A stretch of DNA of 63,546 nt, counting the filler, from Kipferlia bialata (Eukaryota): NCBI GenBank assembly GCA_003568945.1. It is 7 parts of 6 records of this genome, joined end to end, with 100 filler letters (N's around TTAATTAATTAA, not from the genome) between each part and the next. Parts side by side here need not be neighbours in the genome. Positions count along the whole stretch, not along the records: positions 1 to 9,105 come from BDIP01000774.1; positions 9,206 to 23,987 come from BDIP01000775.1; 5 more parts are not named here. The stretch is one strand, 5' to 3'. The notes under the pieces were generated by a model that had not been told where the DNA came from, ran no database searches, and was given only the letters and a program-made list of their open reading frames with translations. Each line of letters opens with the position of its first letter. Position 1 is the first letter of the stretch. Shown in pieces: positions 1-13,053 of the stretch. The position numbers were made by a program, and so were the translations under genes.

Positions 1-20
1 GGGGGGGGGGGGGGGGGGGT

Positions 21-55
<35 letters not shown>

Positions 56-67
56 CTGGATTGGTAC

Positions 68-790
68 CTGTGCATCCAGTGGCAGAGTGGGCGCAGGTAT
101 ACTGGCACACTGGTCCTGGCAGGGTGAGACAGTCAGTGGGAGACAGTAGGTATTTCACATCAGGGTCACATAGGGTTTCAATGAGCGGTGTCACAATAGC
201 TACTCACAGACAGGGACCCAGCTCTATCACATATGATCCTATTTTGTGTGACAGACGTCAGCTATGAACACATGTATAATGTATATATGGAATAATAAGG
301 ATGGCAGAACAACGATTGTAGTGTTGACACCGACCGCAAACCCAATCAATCAATAGACATACAGGCAACCAAGTACCTTTCCCCAGGTCACCTTGAGGTG
401 CTTCCCGGCAGCCTCCTTGACGAATATGGCCACCGAGAACTGGGGCGCATGGGCAGGCGGCAGCAGGCTCTGGGGTCAGAAGGTACAGGATACAGAGACC
501 TAACCAACCCATCTCCATATACAGTGCATGCTACCTGCATTCCAGTGGAATCCCCCTCTGTTGGGACTAGGGTGCTAGCTATACACCACTTTGAGAGTCC
601 AAGTGTTTGATGAAGGCAACAGTGTATTAGCAGTATAGGACGTGACGTTGGGGCATACGGCTGCTACTCAGTTAATCCCTACACCCTTTGTCTCACCACG
701 CGAGATACTGAATGAGCCAGAGTAAGTCATATGATCAGTATATGGTCAGTATATGATGTATCCACATACCTTTCTGCCAAGTGTGGCCAT
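68..790 (-). CDS. 5' exons of an unidentified intron-containing gene running off the contig
   Basis: Exons bounded by GT and ..CCCCAG at about 536-566, 376-469 and 68-115 join to PTEGDSTGMQ|SLLPPAHAPQFSVAIFVKEAAGKHLKVTWGK|DQCASIPAPTLPLDAQ. The first exons are unresolved. Confidence 0.4.
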
Positions 791-1093
791 TCATGCGTAG
801 CATTGAACTTACCGTAGCAGTATCGACTGTATATATCGAGTGTATTTTGGCGTGAAAAGAGTCAATACAAAATACATTGTGCCCATCTAGGTGTATCCGC
901 GCATTTCCAACACCACTAGTACTGAACACTAATCATACAGTCCCGTGATCAAGTCATGCTTTATCTACACATGTACACATTTCCTCTCAGAAGAGAGGCG
1001 AACAATCTAAAATACTAACAGTTTACGAAACTATACATACATGCCACCTGGCCCAGACCACTGTAGAGAGAGGGCACTCACATCACACGCTTG

Positions 1094-4000
1094 TCACAGC
1101 CACTTGTGGATGGTGTTGCCATAGAAGCTGGCTGCGTTGCTACTGACAGCTGTGGACTCATTCTGGCGTCTGGCCGTACGCTCTGCGGTCACTGAGGTCA
1201 GTACGTTGCGCATGATCCCATTGGCTAGATATACAGCCCATGCACCCCTCCCCCCTCTATGCATACCTGCCCTCCCCCTGAGCCTTGTGTCCTGCTTGGC
1301 CACGGCCTTGCCATAGGAGGTGAGGGACCTGGGTGGTTAGGCATGATTAATCTGTCTACATGTAGACAGACAATACCGTTATAGACACACACATATATAT
1401 ACACACATGCACTCATACCTGCCCATGTCTGCCCCCACATCACGTGCCCGACGCTTGGCCTCCAGATACCTGGGGGGTAAGGGGGGGATACATACACACA
1501 TATGGCATGGAGGTACTTCAGGGATCATACATTATACGCAACATGCGGCACACCCACCTCCTGACCACTGAGGAGTCCTCCCCCTTGGGTACCACCTTCC
1601 TAGTGCCCCCCAGACCCAGGCTCTGTCGCCTCCACTCGATGACCTGGGGTGGGAGAGAGACACACAGGTATGGTAATAATATACTAGCATACCTCTATCT
1701 GTGGCACGTGGGATGACGTTGACCTCTCTCCCTCCCCATTTGCCTCTGTCTCACTGTGCACAGATGTCCTACCACTAGTGGCTGTGGATAGAGACGCCAC
1801 GCTGCCCCTGGCCAGACCGGACTGGGCCTGGGGGTGAGGAGGTATGTATACATATATATACCAGAGACACTAGTATTGTGCCATATTGAAATACCGTTGA
1901 AGTTGCTAGGTCTACCCACCTCCCTCCTTGGGTGGCACATCTCCCTGATGGCAGCTGCCCTCCTCTGTACAGCATCATCTACGGCATAGTGCAGCTTCTC
2001 ACGCTGCCTCTCCTGCCACCAGTGCTGGGTCAGTTAGTATGATATATAGGGTCAGGGTATGGTACATACAGATGTATCAGTATACCTTAGTGTCCAGTGC
2101 GGCTGCCGTCCTGTGCACTCTCTCTCTCTTGGCCTGGCCCTCAGCCTCCAGGGCAGACGAGGCCTGGGAACGTTGCTCCTAGGTATCAGAGGGAGAGAGA
2201 GAGAGCGACAGTGACATAGAAGATAGCAGCTTACCCTGAGCCTCCTTGTCCTTGTCATGAGGTCTGTCTTGGGCTGTCCCCTACTGACCCTGGGACTGGA
2301 CACAGAGGGGGCGGAGAGGGGGGTGGGGTACCCAGACACAACGGCAGTGTTGACCTGTGGTGGGAGAGATAGGGAGGGGGTGTTCCGTGCATGGTATACT
2401 GAGAAAACATACACATACACACACACCTGTCTCGTACTGAACACTGGCAACAGCCCACTCTCTATCTGGGGTGGGGGGAGGGTGGCGCCTGGGGGTCAGG
2501 GGGGGGATCCAGTGAATAGAAGACAATAAAGAGGATATACAGCCACATGCCCCCACCTAGCGCCATCCCCCTGGCCCCCTGTCTGCTGGATAGTGAGTAT
2601 GCCCCACTGACCCTGCTGTCCCTGCCCTCATCCGTGGAGTCATAGTAGCTGGGCATGCTCTCCGTCACTCTAGCCCCATCCCTCACATCCACACCCTCGT
2701 CATCACGCCAGGACAGCTCACTGGCCTGGGGGTAAGTGTCCTGTAGCGAAAGAGAGGGACTCGCACCATAAGGAGACACGACCTGTCTTATGTGGTATCA
2801 TATGATTGGTATCAGTATCAGTATCATATGCACACCGCACCTCGTCCTCCCCTGGGTACGGTCTGTCAGGGGTGTATCTACCCTCATACCCATTGGACAG
2901 ACGCCGCTGGGGGCTGTTCTGAGGGGGGGCAGAGGTCACAACGTGGTCTCTAGGGGTTAGCTTAGGGATACACGTAGCGTTTCTGCGGTGTATATACACA
3001 CAGAGACATGATGTGGATATACCGCACCTGTGGACCCTTGCATAGGTGGGTGAGGTGGACCTAGTACCGTCCACCCTCAGCCCTCCCTCCCCCTCCCCCT
3101 CGCCCTCCTGTGCCCCCACCCTAGGTACAGACGCAGTGATCTGTTCAATCTCTCTCTCGCACTCCAGCTGCTTCTGTCTCTCTCTCTCAGACATACCCTG
3201 GCCATTCGCTATCGTAAGAGAGATAGAAGTAGTACTGGACCCATCAATGTCCCAGAAATGCATGAGTCTAATGAATATGTCAAATAGAGGAACACCATAG
3301 ACGTACTTGTGAGGAATGTCGAGTCTCTGTCCCTGTCCCCGGTCTGGGGTCTGCTCCACACAGTGCCACCGTTCTCACCCTCCCCAGCTGTGGGAGGGGG
3401 GTAGAAGGAGAGACCGGAGTCAAGGCTAGGGGTGAGGCAGGGGGGAGAGTGAGATAGATGAATTGTATATGGTGCAATTAACACTAGATAGTGCCCCACC
3501 TTCTCAGGACCTGTGCCCTTCTGATGCCACTGAGCCTGCCAGACATAGCTGGGGGGTGAGGTGGAGAGAGAGAGAGAGAGAGAGACAGAAGGGAGAGAGC
3601 GTGACCTCCCCCACCTGATGTGTCTGGCACGACTGTCTTCTTGGCCCCCTTGAACGAGGCCTGCTTGAGGGACCTGGGGTGGGGGTACAGAGTGGTATAC
3701 ACATACTAGCCACACTTATTATACTACCACCCATCCACTCACACACCTCAGCACGGATGCCGCGTTGGCCCCCCTGTTGGTGGTACGGGCATAGGCCACA
3801 AGGTAGCCCCTGGGGGGTCAGAGAGGGATACAGAAGTAGAGTGAGAGTAGTAGTGGGTCAGCATACTACTTTGGTAAACACTGCCATAGATGTCTGTATA
3901 TGCGCACCTGTTGTCGAATATGGGCACTGCCTGCTGTCTCTGTGGGGCAGTCAGGGCACGGAGAGCACGGGAACGGGCCTGTAACACCTGGGGGTCAGAC

Positions 4001-7000
4001 ACAAAAAAGACCCACCCCTTAACTTCCATATACATACACGCCCTCACCTTCCCTTCCTCCTTGAGGTGCTGCCTGACACCCACCCTCACAGCAGCGGCAT
4101 CTGTCTGCACTACATCGGCCTGGGGGTGAAGGGGGAGAGTGTGATAAGGGATATACTACTAGACTAGCGTGGGGTATAGTTTGGATAGGGTTATAGACTG
4201 GTGTGCCTCTCCTATACCTGCTTCTTGATGTGCATGTCAATCTCATGCCTCCTGGAGTCGTATCGGTCACGGGTCGCACCCTCAGTCACCTGGGGTGAGG
4301 CAGGATAAGGGAGTTCAGTGTAATGCATACACATACATACATATACATACACACATGCATACCCTGAGTGTCTCTGTGAGGTCTATGTCTGCTGCTCCGT
4401 CCTGTCCACCAATCAGGCCAGGGTACAGGTCATCCCCCACCACACTCTCCCCTTGGTCCATGGACATGTCAAGGGAGGGGTGGGCACGGGAGGGGGTGTC
4501 ACGAGACATGCTGGGGGTGAGGGGGGGGGGAGAGAGAGAGAGAGGTACCATGTGGTGACCTGGTCAGAGTGGAATTAGCGAATTAAGTATCAGACGAATG
4601 TAGTAAGCCGCCGTACGCTGTGTCTGCTCTCGACCTAGGTGTACGAGGTGTTCTAGGGGTACGGGCACCAGGGGACGAAGGGGTTCTCCTAGGGTCAGAG
4701 ATCCACTCAGAGGAGACTGCCGGTATCCAGTTGAATACGGAGACATATATACACATGTAGATCTATCTCTTCCTACCTCGGCTCCAGAGGTGTGTCTATG
4801 TCAATGTCCATCTCGAAGGGATCTCCGGCATAGGGGGTGGGGGAACGGTGGCGGTTCTTGAGCCTTAGGGTAAGAGGATCACATTGCAAATACTGTAACA
4901 CAACAATACACACTTACAATGTACTACATACCTCTCTGCCACGTCTGGGTCTGTCAGTGGGTATCTATACATTGTGTATATGTACTATATCAAAATATAT
5001 ATATAGTGTCTATACACATATAAACCCATCCTGACCTCTCTGCCACGTCTGGGTCTGTCATTGTATATCTATACATCATAGAGATATACGATATCAATCC
5101 ATATACTATACATTGCATACACATGTATACCTCTCTGCGACGTCTGGGTCTGTCATGGTGTCCATGATGGAGGCCGAGGGGGACTTGCCCAGGTTCATGC
5201 CCATCTGCTTGGCCAGGGGCTGGGTGCCTGGGTCAGAAGAAGTGTGTGTATACAATGACACTATGTAAATGGCAGAGATATGTGTCACTACTCCCCCTCA
5301 CCCTTGAGACTGGGCATGCTGAGTGTGATGTCTCGGTGGGGCATGCTCTTCTCACGCTGGGTGCCCTTGGTCACCAGGATGGCCTGGGGTATAAGGAGAC
5401 CTGACTATAATTATATATATATACGAATATACATACAAATGTATACCTGGTATGTCCCCCTGGCCTCTAGCTCTGCCTGGTCTCTCTTGCTCATGCGCTT
5501 GGGGTTGCCTGGCAGGTCAGATGGTATACATATGTGGAGATATTCATATATATATATATATATATATATATCGCCTGACGTGAGAGGGTGGTGGATGAAT
5601 ACAGGACACATGTATACACACAGAGACCGCCTCATGTCAGTACCTGTGCCACTCCCAGTGCTGAGCCCCCTCTGCACAGCGTGTCTCTGCTGGGGGGTCA
5701 GAGACGGGTATGATGAGTGTCTATACTGTGCAAGAAGAGAAGTGGTAGTGCTACTTATAGGTAACCACTCGGCAAGGGTATGTATGTATAGAGTGAGAAG
5801 TACCTGCACTCCCTGCAGCCTAGTGTTGAGTCTGACTGCTGCCCCTTCCTCAGGGGTCACACTCACCACACTATCCTGTCTCGTGTCATCTCCCTCCTCA
5901 CCCTCCCCATCTCGGGACAGGGGCCGCAGGTGGGGCTGGTGTCAGACACTGTAGGACAAGCACCTGAATGCAGAATGGACATATGTATCATGTGGACACA
6001 TACCGGCAGAGCAGGCAGCCTCTGGGGTCCCCCCCTCCCCCTCTTGTCGATGGCTATCCTCTGGTGGTCATGTTTCACCGACAGGGGCTGGGGGAGAGAC
6101 GTGGCAGGGCGGGACCTGCAGTGAGTATCTTAGAGAGAGGGAGAGAGAGTGTGTGCCGCACCTGTCCCTTGTGAATGGCAGGTTGTACAGGAATATCCGC
6201 CTTGCAAAGGCCCTGGCCAGGAACCCTCTGATGTGTCTCTGCAACACTAGGGAGGCACACACACGCAGGATCTGAGGTGGTTAGAGAGAGATAGAGGAGT
6301 GTGCTACTGATTCCGACAGTGTAGGGTGATATTCACGTATCCATACCTCTGTGTCCGTTGCTATCTCTGGGTCTGCCTGTTGGGCATAGAAGTGCAGGGC
6401 CCGCATCCCATTGCCTGGCGGTGAGAGGGGGGGGACTGAAGTATGGGAGTGTAAGATGGGGTATCTGAATACACATGCAAAATCACCCGTACCTATCCCC
6501 TGTCCCCTTCTGAGCCACCTGGAACTGTCCCTGGGGGTGAGGGGGTGAGGCAGTATAGGGAAATGTACATACATACAATGCACCCACCTAGTTGACAGTA
6601 CCAGCAGTGCCGCCCTGTGTATGGCCTCCACCCATGTGTCAAACTCAACGGCATAGTACGTGTCCAGTAGCTTGTTGTCCTTGAGGATGCCCCCTGCCCA
6701 GAGGGGGAAGTCCTCGGTGGTGATACGGCGGATGACTGGGGGGTGAGAGGAGAGGGGAACAGAGAGAGACACTAACCATCTCTACTCCCTATACCTGTCT
6801 TGTGTGACATGAGCATCAGCATGTGCTTGGGGTTACGCGGTGCCAGGGATATGTCTCTGGCAACCTGGCAGTCAGACATAGGGATACAATTATGTATAGC
6901 GCAAATATCCATACCATATGTATATATACTATGCATAACCACCCCACCTCCGGAGTCATGTTGTACAGGGTGTCTGATCTAGTCATCCCTCTTGGCCTCT

Positions 7001-9043
7001 GGGGTGCAGGGGATGCCTCCCCCTCCCCCTCCCCCTCCTCGCTATCTGTCTCGTCTATCACTGCATCTGGTATCCCACCCACATTGTCATACCCATCATC
7101 ATCATCAACGTCATCTAGGGAGGGGTTCAGCCAGTCACCTGAGGGTGGGATAATAGTAGTAATAATAGTAGTATAGACAATACATCAGAGAGTACCACTG
7201 ATGTCTGTACATACCGATGTGTGCTGCCGAGTGCCTCCTGTCCTCCTGTACAAAGTCCGTGGCTACAGAGAAGGAGGTGGTGGCAGGGGGTGAGACAGTG
7301 AGGGGGGGGGGGAGAGAGAGATTTATACACATGCACTCTGTAGTCTGACTCACCCATGACACTGCTGGTCCTGTATGGGTACCCGTGCTCGTATGTGAGG
7401 CCTGGGCTGGTGCCGACCAGGGGAAGAGACCCACAGTCCACAGAGGGTAGGGTGTCCTAGGGGTGATGGGGGGAGAGGGAGAGGGTGAGTAGAGTAAGGT
7501 GCCACTGTACCTTGGGGATACTGGTTATGTACACGTTTGCAGCGTCCACCCCACATGTAGGGACTATGTTCTGTCGCCCACTCTGCACACAGGCCTTGTC
7601 AAGAGCCTGGGGTAAGGGGGGGGCAATAAGAATGGTGGATACACTGTACATCTACCATACCTGTCTGGTTGCCCTAGGCCACATGACCACCTTGGTGCCT
7701 GCATTATACTCAGAGTGCGCTGGGGTGGGGCAGGGAAGGGGGGTACATACATATAGACACGACATGCCAACAGGGACAAAACAGTGTTTGATCCGCCATA
7801 TGTCTTATACACATCACTGGATACCTGGCAGTATGGTGTCTCCCCCCCTGAGTGTTGTTGTGGCTGCCCCCCTAGACAGGACAGAGAACCCTACGTCATG
7901 CTCTGGGCCAAACCTAGGGAACCGGGGGTCGGGTAAGGGAGACGTCACATCCTCAGAGGCCTGGGGGGAGAGGGAGGGGGGGGGAGGGGCACAATACACA
8001 CAATGTACCCTACATACCTTCAGGAGATGGAAGAACAGCTCCCTCTTGATGAACAGGACAGGCCTACGCTGCACTCGCTTGACAGTGTTCTGGCGTGAGA
8101 ATGAAACTATATACGAGAGGCAACATATAGCTCCGTAAATGTGATATCCAGTCAAAGAATTAATGTATAACCATCACTCAATACCTGTATGGACAGCAGT
8201 GTGACTGCCCTGCACATAGCAAGGTGTCTTCTGAATGCACGCTGGATGACACAGGCACAGCGAGACCTAGATATAAGTAGAGGAGGGGGGATACATTAGA
8301 AAGAGAGATAAGACACTTATATACTCATTCAGCACTGTATAACCCACCTGAGGATGTGGTACCCCAGCCCGGGATACACCTCCCCCTCCCCCTCCTGCAA
8401 CCTCTTGGCCCTGCCCCTAGCCACACCCACCCTCTCTGTGCACAGCCTCTCCCACATGTCCCTTCTGGCAGCCACTCTGGTACGCACCCCACGCCACGCA
8501 GCATGGGGTGAGAGAGGGAGAGAACATACTATGTAATAACCACTATGTATGACAATGAATAATAACCCCATTACCTGAATGGTGCAGGTTGCCGCTAGCA
8601 CCACGGCACTGTATGCGGGTATGCACAGGAGGGGTGGGTCAGACACCAGACAGGACAGGGCAGAGTGGGCAGCGGTGGACAGGGACAGGTAGAGCTTCTT
8701 GCCCTGCACCTTGGCCCTCTCCTCCTCGGTGCTCTCTCTCTCCCCCTCCCCCTCCCCCTCCCCATCCCCTGGGTAGGTACAGTCATGGATCAAGGTGCGG
8801 TAGGGACCCATCTCCTCAATCACATACCGGATCACACCCATCATCTGGCAGTGAGGGGGGGGAGGGTATGAGAGAGAGAGGTATATAAATATGTATGCAT
8901 ATACTATACACCCCACCTGTTTGGGCACTCTGACCAGGTACAGGTAGGGTGTGCTGGAGTGGGCAGCAGCAGCTATCAGCTCTGCATCTGCTCTCCTATC
9001 TATGGCACCCATGGCCTTCAGGTGGGTGGCAGACAGCACACTC
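1094..9043 (-). CDS. Large multi-exon IQ (calmodulin-binding) motif protein with charged low-complexity C-terminal half; 5' truncated
   Basis: Dozens of GT..CCCCAG introns. IQ-like motifs CTIQ|AAWRGVRTR (about 8580/8490), CVIQRAFRRHL (about 8250) and LVLQRHIRGFLARAFARR (about 6240). Last exon ends SNAASFYGNTIHKWL* at 1094. More than one gene cannot be excluded. Confidence 0.65.
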
Positions 9044-9105
9044 CTGGGGTCGGGGGGGGGGGGGGGTCAGTGTAGTATAGCTAGATACTTGACACACGCA
9101 CCTTG

Positions 9106-9205
9106 NNNNNNNNNNNNNNNNNNNNNNNNNNNNNNNNNNNNNNNNNNNNTTAATTAATTAANNNNNNNNNNNNNNNNNNNNNNNNNNNNNNNNNNNNNNN
9201 NNNNN
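9106..9205. other. Artificial contig spacer (N44-TTAATTAATTAA-N44); identical spacers at 23988-24087, 30346-30445, 36841-36940, 51708-51807, 59478-59577
   Basis: Six identical 100-nt N blocks with a central all-frame stop linker; genes are truncated at these points. Internal gaps without the linker lie at 21341-21824 and 27088-27328. Confidence 0.97.
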
Positions 9206-9256
<51 letters not shown>

Positions 9257-9296
9257 ATTAGTGATTCCTAGGGCTCTGCTTATCCACTTCTACTCA

Positions 9297-9462
9297 CCAC
9301 GGGGGCTCTAGTGAGCATTGTGGGTGTCGGTCCCTGTCTGAATGCCCCACACCGGTGTATGGTCTTGGTGGCAAACTCCTCAGCATTGAATACGTGTGGA
9401 GAGACATGTTGAGGGGTGCCAGGGGAGGAACGCACTGGCCTCCTTTCCCCTCCAGGGGACAT
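9297..9462 (-). CDS. Probable first exon of an unknown gene (MSPGGERRPVRSSPG...), truncated at contig start
   Basis: ATG-initiated ORF followed by a GTGAGT donor, head-to-head with the gene at 9588. Confidence 0.35.
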
Positions 9463-9587
9463 GAAAGTACTAGTGTCAAGCTCTACTAGTATGGTACTGA
9501 GTAGTGGATGAAGAGAACAGTGATGTCAAACATTCCGATTGACTGTCCGACTCGGTCTCCGACCCCAAAGCTCTCTCTCTACTCACA

Positions 9588-11728
9588 ATGTCGAAGAAAC
9601 GACAACTGCCCACAGACCTGCTACAATTATCGTATTCTGATGCACTACGGCAGTTGGACGATCACATATCGCAGTATGAGAGACTGGATGCTGGTGTGAT
9701 TGCCGCTGTGGAGCATATTGAGACACACTCAAGGCAAGTCAGTGTGTCCTAGGTTGATGTATACAGCTGGAGTCTCACTGCAGACCAGCCCACTCAGACA
9801 CCACTCCTGCCATCATGTCTCTAGGAGGTGCCCTTGCAGCCACTCTCCAGCAGCACTCCACTGCTAAGACCCACCTGGATGCAGGGGCAGAGGCCAAGAG
9901 AGAGTTCAACAGGGCGTGCCCCCCGTCATCACAGGCCTCTCTTGCCTCCCTGCAGGTGCTACTAGACAACGCCTCGACTCTCAAGGGCGTTCTCTCTGAG
10001 TTGCGGACCCTGGAGTCCTGGGTCGGGTCTGATGCCCCCCACCCTGCCTCTGATGTCTCCAGACTGGCCAGGGCCGCCTCACTTGCCTCCCGGGTACCTA
10101 AGCTGGCCAAGTGTGCAGAGGCACATGCCAATGCTAAGAAGAGGGCCGTCTCCCGTCTCAAACAGGAACTGACCACTGCCCTCTCCCAGCTTCCCTCTCT
10201 CTCCGGATCTCCAGTCTCCCCTACCATGAGAGATCCTGTGCTCTCTATCTGTACTGGTCTGGAGTCGATGGGGGCAGCCAGTGACATGGTCAGTTCCGTT
10301 AGGTCATACCTGGAGGGGCCAACACACCTCCCCACAGAGGGTCTCTCCCGCCTCTGCACTCTGTATAGCTACCTGGGTCCCAAGAGAATGACGGCAGTGC
10401 TTGAGGCAGGGCAGCCCGGGGGTCACAGACTCAAGGGCCTTGTGTCCAGCCTGACCCAGGGGCTGTCCGCAGGTGACTCGGCCTACTCCTGGGAGGCTGT
10501 GACCAGGCACCTGGCCCCAGTCTATGCCCAGCTGGTCCAGGGCAGTGTGCCGCAAGAGGTGCAAGAGGTGCTGCGGAAGGGAGTCAGGAGTTCCATCCTG
10601 GCCCAGGCAGAGGCCAGCACCGTGCATGCCGTGACATGCAAGTCCCCACTGCCAAAAATGCCGAGTGCCGGCCCCCCCCCCTCTGTGGTAGATGGTCTGG
10701 CACACGCCACTGGGGCCTTCTCTTCTGCCCTCCGGCCTGTTCTGCTCTGCTGTACAGAGGAAGGGGTAGGGCTGAGGGGCCAGCCACCTGCCCCTCTGTC
10801 CCTTGATGTCCAGCAGGCCACCCAGGCTGCCGTGGCGTCCCTCACCTCAGACTACGGCAACAGGGTGATCAAGGGTCTGTCTGGCGTGACCAGTGCTAGA
10901 CTGACCGACGTGGCTGTCTCTGGCCGAGGCCTTGTGACCAAGGGCAAGGCCGACGCTGCCCCCCTCCCCACTATGCGTCAGGCACTGCAGGGTGTGCATG
11001 ACTCTGTGGACTGGGAGGGGGTGTTTGGGGAGCGGACTCCCTTCTCCCCTCCCTCTGAGTACCTCACTGCCCTGCCACTACCCCCCCTCCCCGTACCTGC
11101 CTCTGGGTCCCCCCATGCCTTCTCCGTCATGAGCCCTGGCAGTGCTGCCTCCCTGGTCAAGGCATGCATGGGCCTCGCAAGGCAGCTCGCCAAGGCCCCA
11201 CCCTCTGCACCCATATCTGCTGTCCAGGTGTTTGTCGCAGCCCTGCAGAGAGCAGCAGAGGAGCTCCTCTTCCTCTCCTTGCTCCACCCTGTCTCCTCCC
11301 CCCTTGCAGCATACGGCCACAAGGTCCGTGCTCTACTCTCTGCCCCCACCCCCCTTGTGCCCCCTGAGGCGTCTGTCGACATAGCCTCTGCCGGCAATGC
11401 TCTGCTTCTGGTGCCAGCTGCAGCCGAGTCTGCCCTCTCCCAGTCCGAGGTGTCAGGTCATTCGGTGTCTGGGTCTGGGGGGGTCATGTCTGTCTCAGCA
11501 TGGGCACAGGACATTGCGTCCAATGCCGCCACTAGGGTGTGTGGTCTGTTGCAGCTTGGGGTATCCAGGGCGTCTAGGGGTGGTGCCATGCAGGCCAGGG
11601 CAGACGCTGTCTACCTCAGAGCAGTGTGCGATGCAGTCAAGGCAGACAAGGCGTCATCCATGCTGGGATCGCTGGTGCAGGTCTGCGACAAGCGATGCCG
11701 CGCACTGGGATTCACTGCAGAACTGTGA
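9588..11728 (+). CDS. COG7: COG7-like (conserved oligomeric Golgi complex) helical tethering subunit
   Basis: 637-aa ORF plus a short upstream exon (MSKKRQLPTDLL...). The N-terminal SLASLQVLLDNASTLKGVLSELRTLESW, FSPPSEYL and C-terminal WAQDIA...GAMQARADAVYLRAVCDAV segments resemble COG7 (W.gsia...aKQLatDidYL.nVmdAL). Confidence 0.55.
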
Positions 11729-11925
11729 AATGTGGTTGAATAGATATTATGTTTCAGAGCACGTGACTCACCAGGTTATCGGACTCATAATTCAGTCTAT
11801 GTATCACAAGCATCTCAATTCGTGTGAGGAAAAAAGAGTGGCAAAGAAACCAAAAATCTCAAAAGGGTGTATAGAAGCCAGCCTTGTGCCTCGAAACCTT
11901 CTATTAATAACTGAGCTTGGGCCTG

Positions 11926-13053
11926 ATGAGCCTATGTGACATTGTAAACACCTCTGATTTTGGCGCTGATCCAGTCAAGCTCTTCTGCAGGTGGCTGTCT
12001 GACACCCTGGCACACCTACAGTCAAGCCATAAGGAGTGTGATACTGACAGTGGTAGGTGGGAGACCCTCAGCAGCGACTACTCTACCCTCTCCTCTGTTC
12101 TGGCCGACCTGTGGAAGGTGTCCTATGCCGCCAGGTCCAAGTCATCCAGTGCGGCCCTGATGGTGGCACCCCCAGTGGGCATGGAGGACGCATACTCTGT
12201 AGAGGTATATATTCTCTTGCAAAAATATGTCTCTCTCTTGCTTTCTTCTCTCTCCTACTCTGTCTCTCAGTTTCTCTTTGGGGCGATACAGTCTCTCTCA
12301 TTGTGACTCTCTGTATGCGTCTCTCTTCCTTTGTCTACTCTATCTATATTCTCTCTCTCTCCCCTCTCCCGCTCTCTCTTCCCCCCCTCCTCTCTGTCTT
12401 TCTCCCCCCGCCACTATAAACGTCTATATTTGCAGGATGCTTCTTGACAGCCTGATGTTGTAACCAAAGTCGCCTCTCATATTCAGCTGTCGGCCTCCGA
12501 ACTCACTGACATGTTCTTAGAGGTAGACTGCGTCCTCTTGGAGCCTGATGTCCTTGCTCTACAGAGCCACGCCCTGTCCACATGCCGAGAGGTCAGACCA
12601 GCTGTGATCAAGTACCTTCTAGCCTTGGCCAGACTCCGCCCAGACTCCATCCTCCAGCACCTGATGGGAGGTGGTGGTGCAGAGGCTGTCTCCCTGGCTG
12701 TGCTGGGTGTACTGTCTCAGGCACATAATGCAGAGGCAGCGGACTCTGTGGTGGCACCTGCCCTCCTGTACCTTAGGGAGGTGTGTCTGTCCCCCTTCCT
12801 CGTGACGCTAGTCAGACAGGGTCTGTTTGCTTCTCTTGAGGGTTTAGACCCTACCTCTCTCTCCCATGGGGCTGCTCACGCTATGGCAGATGTGCTCGAG
12901 GCCTGTCTCTCCTCTGGCAGTGCGTCACTAGCCGCCAAGCTAGGCCAGACCAAGGTGCTTCAGGTGCTCGAAGATGCTCTTGTCAATCGGTTTGACGATA
13001 TGGTGCCTTATCAGAATGTGTTGCGACGGGTTCGTGATCTAGAGTCTAGTTAG
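11926..13053 (+). CDS. Unknown alpha-helical protein, at least two exons (11926-12204, 12487-13053)
   Basis: GAG|gtatat donor and attcag|CTG acceptor join YSVE|LSASELTDMFLEVD in frame; Leu/Ala-rich helical pattern. Confidence 0.55.

Noticed and set aside
1..54. Poly-G at contig ends as telomere or poly-Gly ORF
   Set aside because: These are intronic C/G homopolymers where assembly breaks, not a telomeric repeat.
9150..9161. Recurring TTAATTAATTAA palindrome
   Set aside because: Always centred in a 100-nt N block: a synthetic linker. Gene order across these spacers has no biological meaning.
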